Of a stretch of 64,000 nucleotides of DNA, positions 28,074-42,256 are shown piece after piece (the first letter of the stretch is position 1; every line of letters begins with the position of its first letter). The DNA is taken from assembly GCF_009914755.1 (NCBI RefSeq), contig NC_060948.1. One strand, written 5' to 3'. The notes under the pieces were generated by a model, which was not told where the DNA came from, made no database searches, and saw only the letters and a list, made by a program, of their open reading frames with translations. The position numbers and the translations under genes are program-made. This DNA is from the human T2T-CHM13v2.0 reference genome, Homo sapiens.

Positions 28074-31000
28074 GGCCTGGAATAAAGTGGAATGCTACGG
28101 TCTCGAATGGAATAAAAATGTATGGAATGGAATGCAATGAAACGGAATCGAATGTCATAGAATGTAATGGAATGCAAAAAAATGGAATCCAAAATCATTG
28201 AATGGAAAGGCTGGGTGTCGAAAGGAATTGACTCCAATGGAATGGAATCGAATGGAATGGAAGTGAATAGAATCGAACTAAATCGTATGGAATGGAATTG
28301 ATAGGAACGGAATGGAAAGGAATGCAATGATTTGGCATGGAATGGAATCGAATGGCATCGAATGGAATGGAATGGAATGCAATGGAATGGAATGTATTAG
28401 AATGGAATGAACTTTAATGGAATGTACTCGAATGGATTCGACTGGAATGGAATGTTCTGGAAGTGAATGGACTCCAATGGAATGGATTCAAAAGGAATGG
28501 AATCGTACGGAATGGAATCTAATGGAATGGAATTAAATGGAAATGAATCAAATTGAATAGCACGGAATTGAATTGAATGGAATGGAATGCAATGGAATCT
28601 AATGAAACGGAAAGGAAAGGAATGGAATGGAATGGAATGGGCTGGAATGGAAAGGAATCGAAACGAATGGAATGGAATCGAACTGAAGAGACTGGAATGG
28701 AATGCACTGGAATGGAAGGGAGTGTAATGGAAGGTTCTCGAAAAAAATGGAATCGAATGGAATGCAATTGAATGGAACGGAATAGAGTCGAATGCAATTG
28801 AATGGAATGGAATGGACTAGAGTGAAATGGAATCGAACCACAAGGAATGGACAGGAATAGAATGGTCTCGAATTGAATGGAATCGTATGGAATGGCATCA
28901 AACGGAATGGAATGGACAGCCACGGAATGGAATGCACTCGAATGCAATGGAGTCGAATCTAATGGACTGGAATAGAATGGACTCGACTGGTACGGACTCC
29001 AGTGGAATGGAATCGAATGGAAGGGAATCGAACGGAAGGGAATCGAATGGAATGGACTCGAAGGGAAAAGACTGCAATGGAAAGGTCTCGAATGGAATGG
29101 AAATTAATGGAATGGAATGGAATCGAATGAAATGGAGGCAAAAGGAATGGAATCGAATGGCAAGAAATCGAATGTAATGGAATCGCAAGGAATTGATGTG
29201 AACGGAACGGAATGGAATGGAATCCAAAGGAATGGAATAGAATGGAATGGAATCGAATGGAAAGGACTCGAATGGAAATCACTCGAATGGAATGCAATTT
29301 AATAAAATAGGATCAAATGTAATGGAATGGAATGGAAAGGAATCGAAACGAAAGGAATGGAGACAGATGGAATGGAATGGAACAGAGAGCAATGGTATAG
29401 ATCGGAATGGAATCATCTGGAATGGAATTGAATGGAATGGAATAATATGAAATGGAAAGGAATGAAATGGAATGCCCTTGAATTAAATGGACTACAATGG
29501 AATGGACTCGAACAGAGTGGAAAGGAAAGTGTTGAAATAGAATGGAATTGACTCGTTTGGAATGGTCTAGTATGCAATGCAATCGACTGGCAGGGAATCA
29601 AAAGGAATGTAATCGAGTGGATTGGACTGGAATGCAATGGACTCGAATAGATTGGAAACGGAATGCATAGGAATGGAATGGAATAGTATGGAATGGAATG
29701 GAAAGGAATGGAGTGGAATAGACTAGAGTGGAATGGAATGGACTCGAAAGCAATGAACTGGAATCGAACTTTCTTGAATGGACTGGAACCAAACGGAATG
29801 GAATGCAATGCAATCAAATGGCATGGAATAAGATAGAATGAAAGAGAATCAAATGGAATTGAATCGAATGGAATCGAATGGATTGGAAAGGAATAGAATG
29901 GAATGGAATGGAATTGACTCAAATGGAATGGACTAGAATGGAATGGATTCGAATGGAAGGCAAAGGAATGGAATCTATCGGAATGGACTGTAATGGAATG
30001 GAATGGAAGGGATTGGAATGGATTCGAATGGAATGGACTGCAATAGAAAGGATTCGAATGGAATGAAAAAGAATTGAATGGAATAGAACAGAATGGAATC
30101 AAATCGAATGAAATGGAATGGAATAGAAAGGAATGGAATGAAATGGAATGGAAAGGATTCGAATGGAATGCAATCGAATGGAATGGAATCGAACGGAATG
30201 GAATAAAATGGAAGAAAACTGGCAAGAAATGGAATCGAAATGAATGGAGTGTTTTGGAACGGACTCAAAAGGAATTGAATGTAATAGAATGGAGTGGAGT
30301 GGACTCGAATATAATGGACTGGAATGGAATGAAATCACATGGAATGGGAACGAATGGAATGGAATGGAAAGGAATGGAATCGCATGGAAAGCAATCGAAT
30401 GGAAGGGAATGAAATTGAATCAACAGGAATGGAAGGGAATAGAATAGACGGTAATGGAATGGACTCGAATAGAATGGACACGAATGCTCAAATTGAATGG
30501 ACTCGAATGGAATGGAAACGAAAGGAATGTCATCGAATGGAATTGAATCGATTGGAATGAAATCGCATAGAATGGAGTGGAATCAAATGGAATTGAATCG
30601 AAAGGAAAGGAAGCGAATGGACTGAAATGAAATGGAATGGAATTGAATGGAAAGTAATGCAATGGAATAGAATGGAACGAAATTTCACGGAATGGAATCA
30701 AACTGAATGGAATCAAATCAATGGAATCTAATCAAATGGAATGGAAAGGAATTGAATGGAGTAGATTGGATTGGATGGGATTGGAATGAAATGTACTGGA
30801 AAGGACTCGAATTTCATGAAACGGAATGGAATGAATTGGAACGGAATGGACTCGAATGGAATGGAATGTCATGGAATGGTATCAAATGGAATGCCATCAA
30901 ATGGAATGGAATCGAATGCAATGGAATGTTATGGAATGGAATGGAATGCATTGGAATGGAATGTCCTCTAATGGAATGGATTCGAGTGGAATGGAATCGA

Positions 31001-31647
31001 ATATAATGGAGTCGAATGAAATGGAATTGAAAGGAATGGGATCGAATAGAATGGAATATACTGGAATGTAATGTAATGAACTCGAATGTAATTGACTGGA
31101 ATGGAATGTACATGAATGGAATGTAATCGAATGGAAAGTAATCCAATGGAATAGAATCTAATGCAATAAAACCGACTCAGATAGAGTAGAATGTAATGGA
31201 ATGGAGTGCAGTGCAATGAAATGGAATGGAATTGAATGAAATGGAATGGAATGGAATGGAATGGAATGGAATGGAATGGAATGGGATGGAATGGTATGGA
31301 ATGGATAGTAATGGACTGGAGTGAAATGGACTGGAAAGGAATGGACTCAAATTGAAAGGGCTCGAAAGGAATGGAGTCAAATGGAATGGTCTGGAATGGA
31401 ATGAACACGAATGTAATGCAATCCAATAGAATGGAATCGAATGGCATGGAATATAAAGAAATGGAATCGAAGAGAATGGAAACAAATGGAATGGAATTGA
31501 ATGGAATGGAATTGAATGGAATGGGAACGAATTTAGTGAAATTGTATGCAGTAGAAGGGAATAGAATGGAATGCAAGCGAAAGGAAAGGAATGGATTGGA
31601 ATGGAATGGAATTCATTGGAATGGAAGGGAATGTAGTGTAATGGACA
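28074..31647 (+). repeat. DYZ1 unit 9 (3574 bp, diverged type C)
   Basis: GGCC 28074 to 31648; markers gaatgcaattg, ggaggcaaaa, ggactacaat, gactcgtttgg, gccatcaa, aaaaccgactc. Confidence 0.9.
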
Positions 31648-34600
31648 GGCCTGGAATAAAGTGGAATGCTACGGTCTCGAATGGAATAAAAATGTATGGA
31701 ATGGAATGCAATGAAACGGAATCGAATGTCATAGAATGTAATGGAATGCAAAAAAATGGAATCCAAAATCATTGACTGGAAAGGCTGGGTGTCGAAAGGA
31801 ATTGACTCCAATGGAATGGAATCGAATGGAATGGAAGTGAATAGAATCGAACTAAATCGAATGGAATGGAATTGATAGGAACGGAATGGAAAGGAATGCA
31901 ATGATTTGGCATGGAATGGAATCGAATGGCATCGAATGGAATGGAATGGAATGCAATGGAATGGAATGTATTAGAATGTAATGAACTTTAATGGAATGTA
32001 CTCGAATGGATTCGACTGGAATGGAATGTTCTGGAAGTGAATGGACTCCAATGGAATGGATTCAAAAGGAATGGAATCGTACGGAATGGAATCTAATGGA
32101 ATGGAATTAAATGGAAATGAATCAAATTGAATAGCACGGAATTGAATTGAATGGAATGGAATGCAATGGAATCTAATGAAACGGAAAGGAAAGGAATGGA
32201 ATGGAATGGAATGGACTGGAATGGAAAGGAATCGAAACGAATGGAATGGAATCGAACTGAAGAGACTGGAATGGAATGCACTGGAATGGAAGGGAGTGTA
32301 ATGGAAGGTTCTCGAAAAAAATGGAATCGAATGGAATGGAATTGAATGGAACGGAATAGAGTCGAATGGAATTGAATGGAATGGAATGGACTAGAGTGAA
32401 ATGGAATCGAACCACAAGGAATGGACAGGAATAGAATGGTCTCGAATTGAATGGAATCGTATGGAATGGCATCAAACGGAATGGAATGGACAGCCACGGA
32501 ATGGAATGCACTCGAATGCAATGGAGTCGAAACTAATGGACTGGAATAGAATGGACTCGACTGGTACGGACTCCAATGGAATGGAATCGAATGGAAGGGA
32601 ATCGAACGGAATGGACTCGAAGGGAAAAGACTGCAATGGAAAGGTCTCGAATGGAATGGAAATTAATGGAATGGAATGGAATCGAATGAAATGGAGTCAA
32701 AAGGAATGGAATCGAATGGCAAGAAATCGAATGTAATGGAATCGCAAGGAATTGATGTGAACGGAACGGAATGGAATGGAATCCAAAGGAATGGAATAGA
32801 ATGGAATGGAATCGAATGGAAAGGACTCGAATGGAAATCACTCGAATAGAATGCAATTTAATAAAATAGGATCAAATGTAATGGAATGGAATGGAAAGGA
32901 ATCGAAACGAAAGGAATGGAGACAGATGGAATGGAATGGAACAGAGAGCAATGGTATAGAATGGAATGGAATCATCTGGAATGGAATTGAATGGAATGGA
33001 ATAATATGAAATGGAATGGAATGGAATGGAATGGAATGCCCTTGAATTAAATGGACTGGAATGGAATGGACTCGAACAGAGTGGAATGGAAAGTGTTGAC
33101 ATAGAATGGAATGGACTCCTTTGGAATGGTGTACTATGCAATGCAATCGACTGGCAGGGAATCAAAAGGAATGTAATCGAATGGATTGGACTGGAATGCA
33201 ATGGACTCGAATAGATTGCAAACGGAATGCAAAGGAATGGAATGGAATAGTATGGAATGGAATGGAAAGGAATGGAGTGGAATAGACTAGAGTGGAATGG
33301 AATGGACTGGAAAGCAATGGACTGGAATGGAACTTTCTTGAATGGACTGGAATCAAACGGAATGGAATGCAATGCAATCAAAAGGCATGGAATAAAATAG
33401 AATGAAAGAGAATCAAATGGAATTGAATCGAATGGAATCGAATGGATTGGAAAGGAATAGAATGGAATGGAATGGAATGGACTAGAATGGAATGGATTCG
33501 AATGGAAGGCAAAGGAATGGAATCTATTGGAATGGACTGTAATGGAATGGAATGGAAGGGATTGGAATGGACTCGAATGGAATTGACTGCAATAGAAAGG
33601 ATTCGAATGGAATGAAAAAGAATTGAATGGAATAGAACAGAATGGAATCAAATCGAATGAAATGGAATGGAATAGAAAGGAATGGAATGAAATGGAATGG
33701 AAAGGATTCGAATGGAATGCAATCGAATGGAATGGAATCGAACGGAATGGAATAAAATGGAAGAAAACTGGCAAGGAAGGGAATCGATATGAATGGAGTG
33801 TTATGGAACGGACTCAAAAGGAATTGAATGTAATAGAATGGAGTGGAGTGGACTCGAATATAATGGACTGGAATGGAATGAAATCACATGGAATGGGAAC
33901 GAATGGAATGGAATGGAAAGGAATGGAATCGAATGGAAAGGAATCGAATGGAAGGGAATGAAATTGAATCAACAGGAATGGAAGGGAATAGAATAGACGG
34001 TAATGGAATGGACTCGAATAGAATGGACACGAATGCTCAAATTGAATGGACTCGAATGGAATGGAAACGAAAGGAATGTCATCGAATGGAATTGAATCGA
34101 TTGGAATGAAATCGCATAGAATGGAGTGGAATCAAATGGAATTGAATCGAAAGGAAAGGAAGCGAATGGACTGAAATGAAATGGAATGGAATTGAATGGA
34201 AAGTAATGCAATGGAATAGAATGGAACGAAATTTCACGGAATGGAATCAAACTGAATGGAATCAAATCAATGGAATCCAATCAAATGGAATGGAGTAGAT
34301 TGGATTGGATGGGATTGGAATGAAATGTACTGGAAAGGACTCGAATTTCATGAAACGGAATGGAATGAATTGGAACGGAATGGACTCGAATGGAATGGAA
34401 TGTCATAGAATGGCATCAAATGGAATGGCATCAAATGGAATGGAATCGAATGCAATGGAATGCTATGGAATGGAATGGAATGCATTGGAATGGAATGTCC
34501 TCTAATGGAATGGATTCGAGTGGAATGGAATCGAATATAATGGAGTCGAATGAAATGGAATTGAAAGGAATGGGATCGAATACAATGGAATATACTGGAA

Positions 34601-35181
34601 TGTAATGTAATGAACTGGAATGTAATTGACTGGAATGGAATGTACATGAATGGAATGTAATCGAATGGAAAGTAATCCAATGGAATAGAATCTAATGCAA
34701 TAAAATCGACTCAGATAGAGTAGAATGTAATGGAATGGAGTGCAGTGCAATGGAATGGAATGGAATGGAATGCAATGGAATGGAATGGAATGGAATGGAA
34801 TGGAATGGAATGGAATGGGATGGAATGGTATGGAATGGATAGTAATGGACTGGAGTGAAATGGACTGGAAAGGAATGGACTCAAATTGAAAGGGCTCGAA
34901 AGGAATGGAGTCAAATGGAATGGTCTGGAATGGAATGAACACGAATGTAATGCAATCCAATAGAATGGAATCGAATGGCATGGAATATAAAGAAATGGAA
35001 TCGAAGAGAATGGAAACAAATGGAATGGAATTGAATGGAATGGAATTGAATGGAATGGGAACGAATGGAGTGAAATTGTATGCAGTAGAAGGGAATAGAA
35101 TGGAATGCAAGCGAAAGGAAAGGAATGGATTGGAATGGAATGGAATTCATTGGAATGGAAGGGAATGTAGTGTAATGGACA
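31648..35181 (+). repeat. DYZ1 unit 10 (3534 bp, type D)
   Basis: GGCC 31648 to 35182; agattgcaaacgg, two private 15-bp deletions, gtcatagaatggc. Confidence 0.9.
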
Positions 35182-38100
35182 GGCCTGGAATAAAGTGGAA
35201 TGCTACGGTCTCGAATGGAATAAAAATGTATGGAATGGAATGCAATGAAACGGAATCGAATGTCATAGAATGTAATGGAATGCAAAAAAATGGAATCCAA
35301 AATCATTGACTGGAAAGGCTGGGTGTCGAAAGGAATTGACTGCAATGGAATGGAATCGAATGGAATGGAAGTGAATAGAATCGAACTAAATCGAATGGAA
35401 TGGAATTGATAGGAACGGAATGGAAAGGAATGCAATGATTTGGCATGGAATGGAATCGAATGGCATCGAATGGAATGGAATGGAATGCAATGGAATGGAA
35501 TGTATTAGAATGTAATGAACATTAGTGGAATGTACTCGAAAGGATTCGACTGGAATGGAATGTTCTGGAAGTGAATGGACTCCAATAGAATGGATTCGAA
35601 AGGAATGGAATCGAACGGAATGGATTCTAATGGAATGGAATTAAATGGAAATGAATCAAATTGAATAGCACGGAATTGAATTGAATGGAATCGAATGCAA
35701 TGGAATCTAATGAAACGGAAAGGAAAGAATGGAATGGAATAGAATGGGCTGGAATGGAAAGGAATCGAAACGAATGGAATGGAAGCGAACTGAAGAGACT
35801 GGAATGGAATGCACTGGAATGGAAGGGAGTGTAATGGAAGGTTCTCGAAAAAAATGGAATCGAATGGAATGGAATTGAATGGAACAGAATAGAGTCGAAT
35901 GGAATTGAATGGAATGGAATGGACTAGAGTGAAATGGAATCGAACCACAAGGAATGGACTGGAATAGAATGGTCTCGAATTGAATGGAATCGTACGGAAT
36001 GGCATCAAACGGAATGGAATGGACAGCCACGGAATGGAATGCACTCGAATGCAATGGAGTCGAAACTAATGGACTGGAATAGAATGGACTCGACTGGTAC
36101 GGACTCCAATGGAATGGAATCGAATGGAAGGGAATCGAACGGAATGGACTCGAAGGGAAAAGACTGTAATGGAAAGGTCTCGAATGGAATGGAAATTAAT
36201 GGGATGGAATGGAATCGAATGAAATGGAGTCAAAAGGAATGGAATCGAATGGCAAGAAATCGAATGTAATGGAATCGCAAGGAATTGATGTGAACGGAAC
36301 GGAATGGAATGGAATCCAAAGGAATGGAATAGAATGGAATGGAATCGAATGGAAAGGACTCGAATGGAAATCACTCGAATAGAATGCAATTTAATAAAAT
36401 AGGATCAAATGTAATAGAATGGAATGGAAAGGAATCGAAACGGAAGGAATGGAGACAGATGGAATGGAATGGAACAGAGAGCAATGGTATAGAATGGAAT
36501 GGAATCATCTGGAATGGAATTGAATGGAATGGAATAATATGAAATGGAATGGAATGGAATGGAATGGAATGCCCTTGAATTAAATGGACTGGACTCGAAC
36601 AGAGTGGAATGGAAAGTGTTGAGATAGAATGGAATGGACTCCTTTGGAATGGTGTAGTATGCAATGCAATCGACTGGCAGGGAATCAAAAGGAATGTAAT
36701 CGAATGGATTGGACTGGAATGCAATGGACTCGAATAGATTGGAAACGGAATGCAAAGGAATGGAATGGAATAGTATGGAATGCAATGGAAGGGAATGGAG
36801 TGGAATAGACTAGAGTGGAATGGAATGGACTGGAAAGCAATGGACTGGAATGGAACTTTCTTGGATGGATTGGAATCAAACGGAATGGAATGCAATGCAA
36901 TCAAATGGCATGGAATAAAATAGAATGAAAGAGAATCAAATGGAATTGAATCGAATGGAATCGAATGGATTGGAAAGGAATAGAATGGAATGGAATGGAA
37001 TTGACTCAAATGGAATGGACTAGAATGGAATGGATTCGAATGGAAGGCAAAGGAATGGAATCTATTGGAATGGACTGTAATGGAATGGAATGGAAGGGAT
37101 TGGAATGGACTCGAATGGAATGGACTGCAATAGAAAGGATTCGAATGGAATGAAAAAGAATTGAATGGAATAGAACAGAATGGAATCAAATCGAATGAAA
37201 TGGAATGGAATAGAAAGGAATGGAATGAAATGGAATGGAAAGGATTCGAATGGAATGCAATCGAATGGAATGGAATCGAACGGAATGGAATAAAATGGAA
37301 GAAAACTGGCAAGAAATGGAATCGAAATGAATGGAGTGTTATGGAACGGACTCAAAAGGAATTGAATGTAATAGAATGGAGTGGAGTGGACTCGAATATA
37401 ATGGACTGGAATGGAATGAAATCACATGGAATGGGAACGAATGGAATGGAATGGAAAGGAATGGAATCGAATGGAAAGGAATCGAATGGAAGGGAATGAA
37501 ATTGAATCAACACGAATGGAAGGGAATAGAATAGACTGTAATGGAATGGACTCGAATAGAATGGACACGAATGCTCAAATTAAATGGACTCGAATGGAAT
37601 GGAAACGAAAGGAATGTCATCGAATGGAATTGAATCGATTGGAATGAAATCGCATAGAATGGAGTGGAATCAAATGGAATTGAATCGAAAGGAAAGAAGC
37701 GAATGGACTGAAATGAAATGGAATGGAATTGAATGGAAAGTAATGCAATGGAATAGAATGGAACGAAATTTCACGGAATGGAATCAAACTGAATGGAATC
37801 AAATCAATGGAATCAAATCAAATGGAATGGAAAGGAATTGAATGGAGTAGATGGGATTGGATGGGATTGGAATGAAATGTACTGGAAAGGACTCGAATTT
37901 CATGAAACGGAATGGAATGAATTGGAACGGAATGGACTCGAATGGAATGGAATGTCATGGGATGGCATCAAATGGAATGGCATCAAATGGAATGGAATCG
38001 AATGCAATGGAATGCTATGGAATGGAATGGAATGCATTGGAATGGAATGTCCTCTAATGGAATGGATTCGAGTGGAATGGAATTGAATATAATGGAGTCG

Positions 38101-38743
38101 AATGAAATGGAATTGAAAGGAATGGGATCGAATACAATGGAATATACTGGAATGTAACGTAATGAACTCGAATGTAATTGACTGGAATGGAATGTACATG
38201 AATGGAATGTAATCGAATGGAAAGTAATCCAATGGAATAGAATCTAATGCAATAAAATCGACTCAGATAGAGTAGAATGTAATGGAATGGAGTGCAGTGC
38301 AATGGAATGGAATGGAATGGAATGCAATGGAATGGAATGGAATGGAAGGCAATGGAATGGAATGGAATGGAATGGAATGGGATGGAATGGTATGGAATGG
38401 ATAGTAATGGACTGGAGTGAAATGGACTGGAAAGGAATGGACTCAAATTGAAAGGGCTCGAAAGGAATGGAGTCAAATGGAATGGTCTGGAATGGAATGA
38501 ACACGAATGTAATGCAACCCAATAGAATGGAATCGAATGGCATGGAATATAAAGAAATGGAATCGAAGAGAATGGAAACAAATGGAATGGAATTGAATGG
38601 AATGGAATTGAATGGAATGGGAACGAATGGAGTGAAATTGTATGCAGTAGAAGAGAATAGAATGGAATGCAAGCGAAAGGAAAGGAATGGATTGGAATGG
38701 AATGGAGTTCATTGGAATGGAAGGGAATGTAGTGTAATGGACA
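35182..38743 (+). repeat. DYZ1 unit 11 (3562 bp, mosaic; EcoRI site mutated)
   Basis: GGCC 35182 to 38744; GAGTTC at 38705-38710. Confidence 0.9.
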
Positions 38744-41700
38744 GGCCTGGAATAAAGTGGAATGCTACAGTCTCGAATGGAATAAAAATGTATGGAATGG
38801 AATGCAATGAAACGGAATCGAATGTCATAGAATGTAATGGAATGCAAAAAAATGGAATCCAAAATCATTGACTGGAAAGGCTGGGTGTCGAAAGGAATTG
38901 ACTCCAATGGAATGGAATCGAATGGAATGGAAGTGAATAGAATCGAACTAAATCGAATGGAATGGAATTGATAGGAACGGAATGGAAAGGAATGCAATGA
39001 TTTGGCATGGAATGGAATCGAATGGCATCGAATGGAATGGAATGCAATGCAATGGAATGGAATGTATTAGAATGTAATGAACTTTAATGGAATGTACTCG
39101 AATGGATTCGACTGGAATGGAATGTTCTGGAAGTGAATGGACTCCAATGGAATGGATTCAAAAGGAATGGAATCGTACGGAATGGAATCTAATGGAATGG
39201 AATTAAATGGAAATGAATCAAATTGAATAGCACGGAATTGAATTGAATGGAATGGAATGCAATGGAATCTAATGAAACGGAAAGGAAAGGAATGGAATGG
39301 AATGGAATGGACTGGAATGGAAAGGAATCGAAACGAATGGAATGGAATCGAACTGAAGAGACTGGAATGGAATGCACTGGAATGGAAGGGAGTGTAATGG
39401 AAGGTTCTCGAAAAAAATGGAATCGAATGGAATGGAATTGAATGGAACGGAATAGAGTCGAATGGAATTGAATGGAATGGAATGGACTAGAGTGAAATGG
39501 AATCGAACCACAAGGAATGGACAGGAATAGAATGGTCTCGAATTGAATGGAATCGTATGGAATGGCATCAAACGGAATGGAATGGACAGCCACGGAATGG
39601 AATGCACTCGAATGCAATGGAGTCGAAACTAATGGACTGGAATAGAATGGACTCGACTGGTACGGACTCCAATGGAATGGAATCGAATGGAAGGGAATCG
39701 AACGGAAGGGAATCGAACGGAATGGACTCGAAGGGAAAAGACTGCAATGGAAAGGTCTCGAATGGAATGGAAATTAATGGAATGGAATGGAATCGAATGA
39801 AATGGAGTCAAAAGGAATGGAATCGAATGGCAAGAAATTGAATATAATGGAATCGCCAGGAATTGATGTGAACGGAGCGGAATGGAATGGAATCCAAAGG
39901 AATGGAATAGAATGGAATGGAATCGAATGGAAAGGACTCGAATGGAAATCACTCGAATAGAATGCAATTTAATAAAATAGGATCAAATGTAATGGAATGG
40001 AATGGAAAGGAATCGAAACGAAAGGAATGGAGACAGATGGAATGGAATGGAACAGAGAGCAATGGTATAGAACGGAATGGAATCATCTGGAATGGAATTG
40101 AATGGAATGGAATGGAATGCCCTTGAATTAAATGGACTGGAATGGAATGGACTCAAACAGAGTGGAATGGAAAGTGTTGAGATAGAATGGAATGAACTCC
40201 TTTGGAATGGTCTAGTAGGCAATGCAATCGACTGGCAGGGAATCAAAAGGAATGTAATCGAATGGATTGGACTGGAATGCAATGGACTCGAATAGATTGG
40301 AAACGGAATGCAAAGGAATGGAATGGAATAGTATGGAATGGAATGGAAAGGAATGGAGTGGAATAGACTAGAGTGGAATGGAATGGACTGGAAAGCAATG
40401 GACTGGAATGGAACTTTCTTGAATGGACTGGAATCAAACGGAATGGAATGCAATGCAATCAAATGGCATGGAATAAAATAGAATGAAAGAGAATCAAATG
40501 GAATTGAATCGAATGGAATCGAATGGATTGGAAAGGAATAGAACGGAATGGAATGGAATTGACTCAAATGGAATGGACTAGAATGGAATGGATTCGAACG
40601 GAAGGCAAAGGAATGGAATCTATTGGAATGGACTGTAATGGAATGGAATGGAAGGGATTGGAATGGACTCGAATGGAATGGACTGCAATAGAAAGGATTC
40701 GAATGGAATGAAAAAGAATTGAATGGAATAGAACAGAATGGAATCAAATCGAATGAAATGGAATGGAATAGAAAGGAATGGAATGAAATGGAATGAAAAG
40801 GATTCCAATGGAATGCAATCGAATGGAATGGAATCGAACGGAATGGAATAAAATGGAAGAAAACTGGCAATAAATGGAATCGAAATGAATGGAGTGTTAT
40901 GGAACGGACTCAAAAGGAATTGAATGTAATAGAATGGAGTGGAGTGGACTCGAATATAATGGACTGGAATGGAATGAAATCACATGGAATGGGAACGAAT
41001 GGAATGGAATGGAAAGGAATGGAATCGAATGGAAAGGAATCGAATGGAGGGAATGAAATTGAATCAACAGGAATGGAAGGGAATAGAATAGACGGTAATG
41101 GAATGGACTCGAATAGAATGGACACGAATGCTCAAATTGAATGGACTCGAATGGAATGGAAACGAAAGGAATGTCATCGAATGGAATTGAATCGATTGGA
41201 ATGAAATCGCATAGAATGGAGTGGAATCAAATGGAATTGAATCGAAAGGAAAGGAAGCGAATGGACTGAAATGAAATGGAATGGAATTGAATGGAAAGTA
41301 ATGCAATGGAATAGAATGGAACGAAATTTCACGGAATGGAATCAAACTGAATGGAATCAAATCAATGGAATCAAATCAAATGGAATGGAAAGGAATTGAA
41401 TGGAGTAGATTGGATTGGATGGGATTGGAATGAAATGTACTGGAAAGGACTCGAATTTCATGAAACGGAATGGAATGAATTGGAACGGAATGGACTCGAA
41501 TGGAATGGAATGTCATGGGATGGCATCAAATGGAATGGCATCAAATGGAATGGAATCGAATGCAATGGAATGCTATGGAATGGAATGGAATGCATTGGAA
41601 TGGAATGTCCTCTAATGGAATGGATTCGAGTGGAATGGAATTGAATATAATGGAGTCGAATGAAATGGAATTGAAAAGAATGGGATCGAATACAATGGAA

Positions 41701-42256
41701 TATACTGGAATGTAACGTAATGAACTCGAATGTAATTGACTGGAATGGAATGTACATGAATGGAATGTAATCGAATGGAAAGTAATCCAATGGAATAGAA
41801 TCTAATGCAATAAAATCGACTCAGATAGAGTAGAATGTAATGGAATGGAGTGTTGTGCAATGGAATGGAATGGAATGGAATGCAATGGAATGGAATGGAA
41901 TGGAATGGGATGGAATGGTATGGAATGGATAGTAATGGACTGGAGTGAAATGGACTGGAAAGGAATGGACTCAAATTGAAAGGGCACGAAAGGAATAGAG
42001 TCAAATGGAATGGTCTGGAATGGAATGAACACGAATGTAATGCAACCCAATAGAATGGAATCGAATGGCATGGAATATAAAGAAATGGAATCGAAGAGAA
42101 TGGAAACAAATGGAATGGAATTGAATGGAATGGGAACGAATGGAGTGAAATTGTATGCAGTAGAAGAGAATAGAATGGAATGCAAGCGAAAGGAAAGGAA
42201 TGGATTGGAATGGAATGGAATTCATTGGAATGGAAGGGAATGTAGTGTAATGGACA
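38744..42256 (+). repeat. DYZ1 unit 12 (3513 bp, private 30-bp deletion)
   Basis: GGCC 38744 to 42257; the aataatatga motif is missing at ~40110. Confidence 0.9.

Noticed and set aside
30723-30735. DUX4-like motif GAATCTAATCA in units 9 and 15 (GAATCCAATCA in type D)
   Set aside because: It mismatches the TAAT half-site and is present in only a few copies; too weak to call.
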